Assembly: GCA_964410945.1 (NCBI GenBank)
Contig: CAYPJE010000014.1
Span: 994-64,993, forward strand
Source of the DNA: an uncultured bacterium
GTDB taxonomy: Bacteria > Fidelibacterota > Marinisomatia > Marinisomatales > TCS56
Reading direction: 5' to 3'
DNA: 64,000 nucleotides
Made by a program: the position numbers and the translations under genes. Below the pieces are notes generated by a model, which saw only the letters and a program-made list of their open reading frames with translations, had not been told where the DNA came from and made no database searches. Each line of letters opens with the position of its first letter. The first letter of the stretch is position 1. Positions 53,746-63,660 of this stretch are shown here, one piece after another.

Positions 53746-54735
53746 ATGAGAAAGTTATCAATCCTAATAATGATCTTCGCGTTGTTTATAACCTGGGGAT
53801 GCGAAGATTCCGGCCAGGATGTGGTTAATATTGAGACCCAACTGTTGCGGTTGATCGATTCCGACGAAACCCTGAGTCTGGATGGTCTGGACGATGGTGA
53901 AGCAGTGGAAGGTGATTACGAATCAGGACTGGATCAACCGGGGAATTACAAGGTACTTGGCGATACCCTCGATCCTGAAAGCGGGCTGCGCGTCCGTGTG
54001 GGACGGATGATCACCGGTGTGGACCGGACGGTTGAATTTTCCGATACCGAAGCCGACACCATCTATGGTACGGTTACCAGAACAGTATCCGGTTATTACC
54101 TGATATCATACCTTGACACCACACTTTCGGAACGGCAGGTATGGGAAAAACCGTTTACCAGCGATTTTCAACGCAAGGTACGGTTCATAGCCAATGATAC
54201 CCCCGATGATACGACCGACAATGATTACAAAATCAATGCTGTCTCGATTGGTATTGGAGTAACGGGATCAAAAGTCGATATTGTCAAACTTGATATTTTT
54301 GACGCTGACAATTCCGTCTTGCTTTACAGCTTCGAAGGTGACCTTCTGAATCAGTTTATCGACCGTGAGTCGTTATCGACCTTTGATGCCTGGAACGAAT
54401 TGCGAGTTGAAGTGACAGTAACCAACCTGGGCCCGGAATTCGATCATAACAGTGGTGAAGCGGTCATGCTGCACTACGGTCTCAATCGTATCTCAAAGGG
54501 CCGGCGGACGTTGAATGACATGGGAGAAGATCCCGATGTTACTGCTCTGGATAATGTTTTCACCGGTTATTGGTTTACACATGGCCCCGGCTTGAATGGA
54601 GCCATGCAGCGTCATCGTCAACGCAATTTCCGCAGCTTTGTGGATGTGGTTGATCTGGCATCGATTTTTACGGAGGATGAAGCCGTCCATTCCGTCAACT
54701 GGGCTATTCCATACACAATTGTATATAACAACTAG
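53746..54735 (+). CDS. Hypothetical lipoprotein
   Basis: Lipobox FITWGCEDS. AAGGAG lies upstream. Confidence 0.5.
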   Translation: MRKLSILIMIFALFITWGCEDSGQDVVNIETQLLRLIDSDETLSLDGLDDGEAVEGDYESGLDQPGNYKVLGDTLDPESGLRVRVGRMITGVDRTVEFSDTEADTIYGTVTRTVSGYYLISYLDTTLSERQVWEKPFTSDFQRKVRFIANDTPDDTTDNDYKINAVSIGIGVTGSKVDIVKLDIFDADNSVLLYSFEGDLLNQFIDRESLSTFDAWNELRVEVTVTNLGPEFDHNSGEAVMLHYGLNRISKGRRTLNDMGEDPDVTALDNVFTGYWFTHGPGLNGAMQRHRQRNFRSFVDVVDLASIFTEDEAVHSVNWAIPYTIVYNN

Positions 54736-54764
54736 TAGCGTATACTATCCTGCTATCCTGAAAA

Positions 54765-54793
54765 GCGCCACCATGCCCCGGTGGCGCTTTTTT
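54765..54793 (+). terminator. Rho-independent terminator
   Basis: GCGCCACC-7nt-GGTGGCGC followed by TTTTTT. Confidence 0.7.
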
Positions 54794-54925
54794 CTTAATA
54801 AAATTGCATAAAAATGCTTTCCCCGGTATATCCGGACACCAGTAACTTTGGCTCCTGTTTTTAACACTATAGAATAGTCTAGATAAAAATATTTAAGCTT
54901 ATTAAATAAGGTTACGAGGTCCGCG

Positions 54926-55795
54926 ATGTACGAAATAGTCGAAGCACGCTTTCTGGCCCAGGACATTAAATTATTCAAGATTCTAGCCCCCCCGATTGCC
55001 AAGAAAAGAAAAGCAGGTCAATTTGTAATTCTCCGTGTCTCCGAAACCGGTGAACGGATTCCATTGACCATCGCAGATTCCGATCCGGATAAGGGTACGG
55101 TTACGATTATTGTCCAGGGAATAGGCAAAACAACAAAAGAATTGAATACCAAAGAAACCGGTGACATGATTACTGATGTTGCCGGGCCGCTGGGTAAACC
55201 ATCCCATATCGAAAAATTCGGTACAGCCGTAAGTATTGGCGGTGGTGTGGGAACGGCAATCGCCTATCCAACTGCGGTGGCCCTGAAACAGGCCGGCAAT
55301 CATGTTATTACCATTAATGGTGCCCGCTCCAGGGGTATGGTCATCCTGGAAGACGAAATGAAGGCGGTCAGTGATGAAGCATATATCACCACCGATGATG
55401 GCAGTTATGGCGTTCATGGTTTTGTGACTACCCAGCTTCAGCAGCTGATCGATTCCGGTAAAAAGATCGATTTTGTACTGGCTATTGGTCCGATCCCCAT
55501 GATGCGGGCCGTAGCTGAGGTAACCCGTCCCCATGGAATTGAAACAGTGGTCAGCTTGAATCCGATCATGGTTGACGGCACCGGTATGTGCGGTGGCTGC
55601 CGCGTTCAGGTGGGCGGTGAAGTAAAATTCGCCTGCGTTGATGGACCCGAATTCGACGCCCATGAGGTTGACTTCACTAACCTGGTCAATCGTAATCGCG
55701 TCTATCATCAACATGAGCAGAAGTCCCTGGAGGCTTACCAGCATCGCTGCCGGCTGGCGGCCCAGGCTGACGCATTACAATCCGCTTCCGTTTAA
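54926..55795 (+). CDS. nfnA: NfnA-type ferredoxin-NADP+ reductase subunit (SudB-like FAD/NAD-binding protein)
   Basis: AGQFVILRVSETGERIPLTIADSD plus C-terminal 2Fe-2S cysteines DGTGMCGGCRVQVGGEVKFACVDGPEF. It is paired with a GltD-like gene. Confidence 0.8.
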   Translation: MYEIVEARFLAQDIKLFKILAPPIAKKRKAGQFVILRVSETGERIPLTIADSDPDKGTVTIIVQGIGKTTKELNTKETGDMITDVAGPLGKPSHIEKFGTAVSIGGGVGTAIAYPTAVALKQAGNHVITINGARSRGMVILEDEMKAVSDEAYITTDDGSYGVHGFVTTQLQQLIDSGKKIDFVLAIGPIPMMRAVAEVTRPHGIETVVSLNPIMVDGTGMCGGCRVQVGGEVKFACVDGPEFDAHEVDFTNLVNRNRVYHQHEQKSLEAYQHRCRLAAQADALQSASV

Positions 55796-55819
55796 CCCCT
55801 TAATGAATTTGAGATAATT

Positions 55820-57250
55820 ATGGCTGAATTCCTTCCGATTAAAGAACGGACTAAGATTTCCCGGCAGGAGATGCCGGAACAGGCACCCCTGGAACGGGCG
55901 CATAATTTTGAAGAGGTCAATCTGGGCCTGACCCCGGAACAGGCCGTGCTGGATGCCCAGCGCTGTCTGCAATGCAAGAAACCGACCTGCATGGTGGGCT
56001 GCCCGGTGGAAGTAAAAATAATCGACTTTCTGGAACTGGTTGTACAGGAAGATTTCCTGGGAGCCGCCCGCAAGATCAAGGAAGATAATGTACTGCCGGC
56101 GATCTGTGGTCGGGTCTGTCCCCAGGAAACCCAGTGCGAAGTGGAATGTAAAATCGCCAAGAATTTCGGTGCTGTGTCAATCGGTCGTCTGGAACGTTTC
56201 GTCGCCGATTATGAAATGGCCCAGGGCGTGGAACCGGAAATACCGCAGGTTGAGAAGCTGGGCAAGAAAATTGCCATTGTCGGCAGTGGACCGGCCGGAC
56301 TCAGTTGTGCCGGCGATCTGATCAACATGGGTTACGATGTAACCGTTTTCGAAGCCCTGCACGAATTGGGCGGAGTGCTGGTCTATGGTATTCCCGAATT
56401 CCGGTTACCGAAGGAGATCGTCCGCAAGGAAGTCAACAACCTGCGCAAGATGGGTGTGGAATTCAAAACAAATATGGTTATCGGAGCCACTTACACCATC
56501 GATGAACTGATGCAGGAAGAAAGCTACAGCGCCGTATTTGTGGCGGTGGGAGCCGGACTGCCCTGGTTCATGAATATCCCCGGTGAAAAACTGGCCGGTG
56601 TCTATTCCGCCAATGAATTCCTGACCCGCGTCAACCTGATGAAGGCCTACAAATTTCCTGATTACGATTCACCGATCCTGGACTGCTATGATAAAAACGT
56701 TGCTGTTTTCGGTGGCGGAAATGTGGCCATGGATGCGGTGCGTACGGCCCTGCGGCTGGGTGCCAAATCGGCCACTATCTATTACCGCCGTTCCGAAGCG
56801 GAAATGCCGGCCCGGGAAGAGGAGATTCATCATGCCAAGGATGAGGGCGTTGAATTCGAGATGCTTACCACCCCGATCGAGCTGCTGGGCGATGAGAACG
56901 AACGCCTGCACTCGATGAAATGCATCCGCATGGAACTGGGTGAACCGGATGCTTCCGGCCGCCGTCGTCCCGTGCCGATCGAAGATTCCGAATATATTGT
57001 GCCGGTTGACATTGCCGTCGTTTCCATCGGCAATGGTTCCAATCCGTTGATCAGCCAGACCACCCCGGAGATCGATACCAATAAGTGGGGTAACATCGTA
57101 GCTGATGATGATACCATGAAAACCTCCAAGGAAGGTGTATTCGCCGGTGGTGATATCGTTACTGGTGGTGCCACCGTGATCCTGGCCATGGGCGCCGGAC
57201 GCAAAGCGGCCCGCGGGATTCATGAGTACCTGACTGAGGGCAGCTGGTAA
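55820..57250 (+). CDS. nfnB: NfnB-type NADPH-dependent glutamate synthase small-chain-like oxidoreductase
   Basis: Two 4Fe-4S motifs (CLQCKKPTCMVGCPV, CGRVCPQETQCEVEC). Dinucleotide folds IVGSGPAGLSCAG and VFGGGNVAMD. Confidence 0.85.
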   Translation: MAEFLPIKERTKISRQEMPEQAPLERAHNFEEVNLGLTPEQAVLDAQRCLQCKKPTCMVGCPVEVKIIDFLELVVQEDFLGAARKIKEDNVLPAICGRVCPQETQCEVECKIAKNFGAVSIGRLERFVADYEMAQGVEPEIPQVEKLGKKIAIVGSGPAGLSCAGDLINMGYDVTVFEALHELGGVLVYGIPEFRLPKEIVRKEVNNLRKMGVEFKTNMVIGATYTIDELMQEESYSAVFVAVGAGLPWFMNIPGEKLAGVYSANEFLTRVNLMKAYKFPDYDSPILDCYDKNVAVFGGGNVAMDAVRTALRLGAKSATIYYRRSEAEMPAREEEIHHAKDEGVEFEMLTTPIELLGDENERLHSMKCIRMELGEPDASGRRRPVPIEDSEYIVPVDIAVVSIGNGSNPLISQTTPEIDTNKWGNIVADDDTMKTSKEGVFAGGDIVTGGATVILAMGAGRKAARGIHEYLTEGSW

Positions 57251-57274
57251 GACCGGGCATTAGTCATTTAAAAA

Positions 57275-57298
57275 GCCACTCATTTGAGTGGCTTTTTT
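57275..57298 (+). terminator. Rho-independent terminator
   Basis: GCCACTC-ATTT-GAGTGGC followed by TTTTTT. Confidence 0.75.
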
Positions 57299-57332
57299 GT
57301 CAATGGTCAGTAGTCAACGGTCAAAAGATGGC

Positions 57333-57412
57333 GTCATGCTGAGCTTGTCGAAGTATGATTGCCACTTGATATATATTATATAAGACTCACCATTCGACAG
57401 GCTCAGGGTGAC
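57333..57412. repeat. REP-like palindromic element, copy 2
   Basis: GTCATGCTGAGCTTGTCGAAGTATGA (57333-57358) and CACCATTCGACAGGCTCAGGGTGAC (57388-57412) are mutually complementary arms. Confidence 0.6.
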
Positions 57413-57535
57413 ATGGCACCGGGATTTACCTAATTATTCAAACCGTTGGCTACCTGTATTCAGTATTTTTAACCCACGACTGAAATCGTAGACTCATTGA
57501 TCAGAATACAATCGACGGATTTATCTGTGAAATAA

Positions 57536-58183
57536 TTAATCCTGTCTTTTATGTTTTGCTTTCTTTTTGATTAAGGAGCGAACTCCAATACCAAAAGTCA
57601 TAAAACCATATTTAGAATTCACACCATAGTAATTTATTTCAGGGTAAATCCAACTTTCCTTATGTGGAATTTGAATACCAAAACTTAAAGTCGATGTTAA
57701 ATTTTTATCTGTTAGGTCAGAGGTATCATAATGGTATAAACTGATATATGGATGTATACTGCCCAGTTCTTTACTGATTGTCAGACCGTATTTGTAATAT
57801 GGTTGGGATAGTATCATTTTACTTTGTAGACCAACAAACCTAATTGAATGAAGGTTGATACTTGCATTAAAATACTTAAATGATCGTGGATTCAGTTGAT
57901 GGCGTACAATGGTTTCAATCTCGTATGGAAAGAAGTAACGAAGGCCACCTTCAAAACGCCAGGGGAAACCCCTGAAATACCCCATGTTTATAGTAAATGG
58001 CATTTCCTTATCAAATCGTAATTGATCGTCAACATACCATGCCAGGTTATCGATTCCAGCGGTAGTGACCGCCTGCTTGTTTTCCAGTGTGCAGCCTGTG
58101 TAATAGTTTGGTGTCATACAATTGCTGATTATCAGTACAGTTATGACCAGAATAATATTCTTTCCAATTACTAAGTAATTCAT
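57536..58183 (-). CDS. Hypothetical outer-membrane/beta-barrel-like protein
   Basis: AT-rich ORF. Hydrophobic leader ending ISNC. Y/F/G-rich alternating segments. It is flanked by REP-like copies 2 and 3. Confidence 0.45.
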   Translation of the reverse strand: MNYLVIGKNIILVITVLIISNCMTPNYYTGCTLENKQAVTTAGIDNLAWYVDDQLRFDKEMPFTINMGYFRGFPWRFEGGLRYFFPYEIETIVRHQLNPRSFKYFNASINLHSIRFVGLQSKMILSQPYYKYGLTISKELGSIHPYISLYHYDTSDLTDKNLTSTLSFGIQIPHKESWIYPEINYYGVNSKYGFMTFGIGVRSLIKKKAKHKRQD

Positions 58184-58251
58184 TATTAAAAGTAGTCATT
58201 CGATTATTATGGTTCAATCAAATTAGAGCTATGGAAGATAATTAAAAAAGG

Positions 58252-58342
58252 GTCATGGTGAGCTTGCCTGCCGGATCGTAACGAAGTGAAGACTGGTCGA
58301 AGCATTATGAATAAGGACACCCTTCGACAAGCTCAGGGTGAC
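58252..58342. repeat. REP-like palindromic element, copy 3 (with internal insertion)
   Basis: GTCATGGTGAGCTTG[29-nt insert]GTCGAAGCA ... CACCCTTCGACAAGCTCAGGGTGAC. Confidence 0.6.
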
Positions 58343-58462
58343 AGGTGTTAGAAATACATCATTCTTTTATATTGAGAATCATTTGCAAATAATTGGGAAC
58401 CAGCGTAACCTGGGGAAATATAAATCATCAAAAGAGTAGCGACTTAACTAAGGAGTGCTGAT

Positions 58463-59629
58463 ATGTTAACGATTGCCGTTTTAAAAGATACTGCTCCCGG
58501 TGAGAAACGTGTTGCCCTGGTGCCCGAAAGCGTGAAGCGTCTTTCAAAGCTGGGTGCCAGAGTACTGCTGCAGGAAGGAGCCGGTGAGGTGGCTGGCTTT
58601 ACCCGCAGGCAGTACGAGGAAGCTGGTGCCAGCATCGTAGCAGATTATGGCCGGTTGCTGAAAGAGGGGCAAATCTTTCTAAAGGCTCAGCTGGTCTGCC
58701 TGACCGATGAGGAAACCCTTAAGTTGATTGATCCATTGCCAAAAGGATCAACTATTATCGGTTTCATGAATCCCTTCAAATATATCCACAATATTGAAAA
58801 GCTGGCCTCCAAAGGGGTAACCAGTCTTGCCATGGAACTGGTGCCACGCATCAGCCGGGCTCAGCGTATGGACGCCCTCAGCGCCATGAGTTCAGCTGCC
58901 GGTTACAAGGCCGTGGTTATGGCCGCCGCTTCACTGAACAAATTTTATCCCCTGATGATGACCGCCGCAGGAACAATCTCCCCGGCCAAGGTACTGGTTA
59001 TCGGTGCCGGTGTGGCCGGGCTACAGGCCATCGCCACCGCCAAGCGTCTGGGAGCCAAGGTATTTGCTTTCGATACCCGTCCGGTGGTGCAGGAGCAGGT
59101 GGAAAGCCTGGGCGCCAGTTTTGTATCCCTGGAAACCAGTGAAGAAGCGGAAACGGCCGGTGGATATGCTGCCGAACAATCGGAAGATTTCTACCGCCAC
59201 GAGCAGGCGATAATTGCCGAGCATCTGGTTGACACAGATGTGGTAATCACCACGGCGCAGATTTTTGGTAAACGGGCGCCGTTGCTGATCACGGAAGAGA
59301 TGGTCCAGTCCATGCGCTCCGGATCGGTGATCGTCGATCTGGCTGCCGAAGCGGGAGGTAATTGCGAATTGACGGTTACCGGCAAAACCGTGGAACGCTA
59401 CGGAATTGCCATTCATGGTGAGACCGACCTGCCGGCTTCATTATCATATCATGCCAGTGAAATGTACAGCCGCAATGTAACCGCCCTGCTGCAGGAAATG
59501 ATCAAAGATGGTGAACTGGTGATTGATGTGGATGATGACGTCATCGGCGGTACATTGCTTACCCATAATGGCAAAATCATGAACAAACATGTCCAGGATC
59601 TGCTGGACCGGGAAGAGGAGGAGAAATGA
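58463..59629 (+). CDS. pntAA: NAD(P) transhydrogenase subunit alpha part 1
   Basis: AlaDH/PNT fold EKRVALVPESVKRL and VLVIGAGVAGLQAIATAKRLGA. AAGGAG lies upstream. Confidence 0.85.
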   Translation: MLTIAVLKDTAPGEKRVALVPESVKRLSKLGARVLLQEGAGEVAGFTRRQYEEAGASIVADYGRLLKEGQIFLKAQLVCLTDEETLKLIDPLPKGSTIIGFMNPFKYIHNIEKLASKGVTSLAMELVPRISRAQRMDALSAMSSAAGYKAVVMAAASLNKFYPLMMTAAGTISPAKVLVIGAGVAGLQAIATAKRLGAKVFAFDTRPVVQEQVESLGASFVSLETSEEAETAGGYAAEQSEDFYRHEQAIIAEHLVDTDVVITTAQIFGKRAPLLITEEMVQSMRSGSVIVDLAAEAGGNCELTVTGKTVERYGIAIHGETDLPASLSYHASEMYSRNVTALLQEMIKDGELVIDVDDDVIGGTLLTHNGKIMNKHVQDLLDREEEEK

Positions 59630-59934
59630 ACGCCGACCTGTTAATCCAGATTTATGTCTTTGTGCTGGCGGTGTTCGTTGGCTTTGAAGTAATTACCAAA
59701 GTTCCGCCGACCCTGCACACTCCGTTGATGTCCGGTTCCAATGCTATTTCCGGAATCACAATTGTAGGCGCTCTGATCGCCGCCGGTTTTACCGATCTGC
59801 GGATCGAAACATTCTGGGGCGACCTGAATGTAAGTGCCGTACTGGGATTTCTGGCAATTATCTTTGCCACTATCAACGTGGTTGGAGGCTTCATGGTCAC
59901 CAACCGCATGCTGAAAATGTTTAAGCGGAAGTAG
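59626..59934 (+). CDS. pntAB: NAD(P) transhydrogenase subunit alpha part 2 (membrane)
   Basis: 102 aa with three TM segments. ATGA overlap with pntAA. Motif LHTPLMSGSNAISGI. Confidence 0.8.
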   Translation: MNADLLIQIYVFVLAVFVGFEVITKVPPTLHTPLMSGSNAISGITIVGALIAAGFTDLRIETFWGDLNVSAVLGFLAIIFATINVVGGFMVTNRMLKMFKRK

Positions 59935-59943
59935 GGGGATGAT

Positions 59944-61341
59944 ATGTTTGTACAATCTGTGATTATCCCCGTGGCTTACCTGCTTTCGGCTGTTTTATTT
60001 ATTCTGGGATTGAAGCAGCTTTCCCATCCAAAAACAGCGCCCCGCGGTAACCAGACCGCAGCAGTGGGTATGCTGATCGCCATCGTGGCAACATTGGTCT
60101 ACAAAGATGTAATTGATTACACCCTGATCATCGCCGGTATTATCATTGGTGGGGCCATCGGGGCTTATGCCGCCAAGAAGGTTGAGATGACCGCCATGCC
60201 CCAGATGGTGGCGATTTTCAATGGCTTCGGTGGTGGTGCTTCGGTCCTGGTTGCTACCGCTGAATTCTACCGTTTGCTGACTGCCACCGGTGCCATCTCT
60301 GGTTTCACCATGGCAACAATCGGTCTAAGTGTGATTATCGGTGGAATAACATTCACCGGCAGTATTGTGGCTTTTGCCAAACTCCAGGGTATTATGCGTG
60401 GTGCGCCGATTTTGTTTAAGGGGCAACAGGTGTTGAATAGCATTCTGTTATTGGCTGGATTAACGTTTATGGTCCTGGCAGTAATGGCTGGAGTGGAAGC
60501 CGGTGTTTATGTACTGGCCATTATTGCGGTCGCTTTGTTCCTGGGATACATGTTTGTGATCCCGATTGGCGGGGCCGACATGCCGGTTGTGATTTCACTG
60601 CTGAACTCATTTTCCGGAATTGCAGCCGCCGCTACCGGTTTCGTTCTGTCCAATAATGCCTTGATCATCAGCGGATCGCTGGTTGGTGCCAGTGGTATTA
60701 TTTTAACTGATATCATGTGCAAGGGAATGAATCGTACGATCTGGAATGTCCTCTTTGCCGGTTTCGGTGGGGACGACCTGGCACCGGGTGAAGGTGGCCA
60801 GGCTGCAGCTGCCAAACCGGTTAAATCTTATGAAGCTGAGGATACGGTTGTGATTTTTGAAAATGCCTCCCAGGTGATTGTAGTACCGGGTTATGGGATG
60901 GCGGTGGCCCAGGCTCAGCATGCTGTCCATGAGCTGGAAAAAGTGCTGGAGAAAAAAGGCGTGCAGGTCAAATATGCCGTACATCCGGTGGCCGGACGTA
61001 TGCCGGGCCATATGAATGTCTTATTGGCCGAAGCCAATGTACCTTATGACAATCTATACGATCTGGATCAGATTAATCCCGAGTTTGAGGAAACCGAGGT
61101 AGCGCTGGTGATTGGCGCCAACGATGTTGTCAATCCCGCCGCCCGTCATGACAAGGCCAGTCCGATCTATGGCATGCCGATCCTGGATGTAGATCGTGCC
61201 CAGACTGTTTTCGTGCTTAAACGCAGCATGAATCCCGGTTTTGCCGGTATCGAGAATGAACTGTTCTATAATGACAATACGATTATGCTGTTTGGTGACG
61301 CCAAGGATACGGTTTCGAAGTTGGTCGCAGAATTAAAATAA
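59944..61341 (+). CDS. pntB: NAD(P) transhydrogenase subunit beta
   Basis: Multi-TM N-terminus and dIII domain VPGYGMAVAQAQH...HPVAGRMPGHMNVLLAEA...GANDVVNPAA. Confidence 0.9.
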   Translation: MFVQSVIIPVAYLLSAVLFILGLKQLSHPKTAPRGNQTAAVGMLIAIVATLVYKDVIDYTLIIAGIIIGGAIGAYAAKKVEMTAMPQMVAIFNGFGGGASVLVATAEFYRLLTATGAISGFTMATIGLSVIIGGITFTGSIVAFAKLQGIMRGAPILFKGQQVLNSILLLAGLTFMVLAVMAGVEAGVYVLAIIAVALFLGYMFVIPIGGADMPVVISLLNSFSGIAAAATGFVLSNNALIISGSLVGASGIILTDIMCKGMNRTIWNVLFAGFGGDDLAPGEGGQAAAAKPVKSYEAEDTVVIFENASQVIVVPGYGMAVAQAQHAVHELEKVLEKKGVQVKYAVHPVAGRMPGHMNVLLAEANVPYDNLYDLDQINPEFEETEVALVIGANDVVNPAARHDKASPIYGMPILDVDRAQTVFVLKRSMNPGFAGIENELFYNDNTIMLFGDAKDTVSKLVAELK

Positions 61342-61372
61342 TGATCTTGAATTGTTAACCTAATAATATAAG

Positions 61373-61398
61373 GGGGACTTTTAAAGTCCCCTTTTTTT
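61373..61398 (+). terminator. Rho-independent terminator
   Basis: GGGGACTTTTAAAGTCCCC followed by TTTTTTT. Confidence 0.75.
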
Positions 61399-61472
61399 GT
61401 ATATCTTGCACGGCGCCTGTTTTCTTTTGTAGTATTGCTGTCAACTAATTGCCACATTATAGAAGGACAGTA

Positions 61473-62420
61473 ATGAACGATCTATTTCCCCCTATTGAGC
61501 CCTACAAAGAATACAAGCTGAAAGTTTCAGATCTGCATACGATTTATATACAAGAGGCTGGTAATCCCAAGGGCAAGCCGGTGATTTTCCTGCATGGCGG
61601 GCCCGGTGGTGGAGTGGAACCGATCTACCGCCAGTATTTCGATCCGGAAAAATGGCGAATGATTCTTTTTGATCAGCGAGGTTGCGGACGCAGTACACCG
61701 TTTGCCGAACTTCATGAGAATACAACCTGGGACCTGGTTGAAGACATTGAACAGATCAGGCGCCATTCCCGGGTTAATAAATGGACCGTTTTCGGTGGCA
61801 GTTGGGGCAGCACTTTAGCCCTGGCTTATAGCCAGACCTACCCAAAGCACTGCAGTGCTCTGATTCTAAGAGGGATTTTTCTCCTGCGTAAATCTGAATT
61901 GAAATGGTTTTACCAGGATGGTGCCAGCCATATCTATCCCGATGCCTGGGAAAAATATCTTGAACCGATCCCGGAAGATGAACGGGATAATCTACTGCAG
62001 GCTTATCACACACGCCTGACCAGCCACGATGCGAATGTCCGTCTGGAGGCCGCCCGTGCCTGGAGCATTTGGGAAGGCAGCACCTCCAAGTTATTCCAGG
62101 ATACGACAGCACTGGAACGCTTTGGGGCTAACAAATTCGCCGAGGCATTTGCCCGGATCGAGTGTCATTATTTCATTAATGGTGGCTTCCTTGATTCGGA
62201 GGATCAGCTGCTGGAGAATGTAGATAAAATCAGGGAAATACCAGCCGTTATTGTCCAGGGCCGCTATGATGTGGTATGCCCGGCCACCACCGCCTGGGAA
62301 TTACACCGGGCCTGGCCGGAAGCCGATTTCCATATCATTCCCGATGCGGGCCATTCCATGACCGAACCGGGCATCAGGTCGATGCTGATCGATTATACCA
62401 ATCAGTTTTCTGCTTTATAA
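61473..62420 (+). CDS. pip: Prolyl aminopeptidase (proline iminopeptidase)
   Basis: HGGPGGG, nucleophile elbow GGSWGS and the C-terminal His context DAGHS. The ATG at 61473 (MNDLFPPIEPY) is preferred. Confidence 0.85.
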   Translation: MNDLFPPIEPYKEYKLKVSDLHTIYIQEAGNPKGKPVIFLHGGPGGGVEPIYRQYFDPEKWRMILFDQRGCGRSTPFAELHENTTWDLVEDIEQIRRHSRVNKWTVFGGSWGSTLALAYSQTYPKHCSALILRGIFLLRKSELKWFYQDGASHIYPDAWEKYLEPIPEDERDNLLQAYHTRLTSHDANVRLEAARAWSIWEGSTSKLFQDTTALERFGANKFAEAFARIECHYFINGGFLDSEDQLLENVDKIREIPAVIVQGRYDVVCPATTAWELHRAWPEADFHIIPDAGHSMTEPGIRSMLIDYTNQFSAL

Positions 62421-62427
62421 AAGACCG

Positions 62428-63660
62428 TTAGAATTTCAGATAGATCGCGAAGATATAGGGCTGGAAGTGAATACCGAATCGCAGCCAGTCCGATACTGAA
62501 TAAATGAAACCCAGGTCGTAGTGGACCGGGCTGACGGTAGGTTTATTTGGTTTACTTGTATCCAGAGTCCCTTCAAAGTCGAATATATCCTCACCACGGT
62601 TCCACCATTCCACAAACCATGGATCGTAGAAGACCTCGTAATTCATGATCAGGTTCTTCCTCACATCAATTGCCCCACCGTAATAAATACGGTAATTGAA
62701 TTCATCTTCATTAGCCAGCTTTCCGATACTGGCTCCCAGGGTATGGTTGATGCGGCCGGAATTTCCCCGACGTGTATGTGAGAAAGAATATGCCATGAAC
62801 GCCTCACCGTAGATCTGGCGTTCGGGATCTTCAATATCCACCCAGTCATTGGTCAGTTCACCACTTTCATCATCATATCGAATAACTTCGTCTGGCATAC
62901 TTAAGGTGCTACCGGAGCGTTCATATCCACCAAAATAGGTCGTAATGAATTGACCCGTCGGTTGCCAAATCCAGTTATCATCGTAAACACCCCGCTCAGC
63001 TTGGTAGGTTTCTTCTGTCCATTCGTAATGATCAGATAAATAACGGGTATGGAAATGAGCACCGATGGCGAAAGCATGTTCTTTTTCAAAGGAACCGGCT
63101 TTGAATAACTGTATTTTGGGACGGAGATTGAAATTACCGAAAAAATATTCCCACCAGGAGGAAGTGATCTGGAAGCGTTCGGAAATACCGAATCCCCACG
63201 ATAATCCGCTTACATAGAGGACTCCTTGTTCCAGGGTGTAGCCGGTTGGATCATAAAAAATATCGATTTGCTGTTCCTGTCCATGGGTGAAGCGCCGGGT
63301 GGTACCCAAAAAGGAATCCAGCGGTTTGTCAGGACCGGAATCGATCCTGGTAATTTCAGATTTACTGAAATTGATCGTACCCAATTGTGACAGGATTTTC
63401 AGGCTGGAATCATCCTCCTGGATTATGGTACCTTTGATTCTGTCACCCGATTTCAGGTAAATAGTGACAACTTCAGATTTCAACTGGTTGTAATCAATAT
63501 CGACCAGCCCGAAGGCTGTTTTTACTGTAATTATATTTCCGGTGGAATCAACCGCTGTTATCCGGCCCACGATCTGTTCTCCGGACTTGAGCTGGAATAT
63601 GCGGTCACCCTGGGCAGACAGTAATGTTATAAATAATAGAATGATAATTGATTTCTTCAT
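62428..63660 (-). CDS. Hypothetical secreted / outer-membrane protein
   Basis: Signal peptide MKKSIIILLFITLLSAQG from the ATG at 63660. C-terminal aromatic-rich region ending in F. Confidence 0.45.
   Translation of the reverse strand: MKKSIIILLFITLLSAQGDRIFQLKSGEQIVGRITAVDSTGNIITVKTAFGLVDIDYNQLKSEVVTIYLKSGDRIKGTIIQEDDSSLKILSQLGTINFSKSEITRIDSGPDKPLDSFLGTTRRFTHGQEQQIDIFYDPTGYTLEQGVLYVSGLSWGFGISERFQITSSWWEYFFGNFNLRPKIQLFKAGSFEKEHAFAIGAHFHTRYLSDHYEWTEETYQAERGVYDDNWIWQPTGQFITTYFGGYERSGSTLSMPDEVIRYDDESGELTNDWVDIEDPERQIYGEAFMAYSFSHTRRGNSGRINHTLGASIGKLANEDEFNYRIYYGGAIDVRKNLIMNYEVFYDPWFVEWWNRGEDIFDFEGTLDTSKPNKPTVSPVHYDLGFIYSVSDWLRFGIHFQPYIFAIYLKF

Noticed and set aside
54983-55744. 253-aa ORF antisense to the NfnA-like gene. 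Similar long antisense ORFs occur at 56669-57223, 55792-56160, 30102-30818, 3541-4023, 10388-10852, 40705-41151 and 49445-49927.
   Set aside because: Each lies fully inside a gene with strong family motifs on the other strand. Their translations are low-complexity (R/G/P/S-rich) and have no start context. They are typical shadow ORFs.
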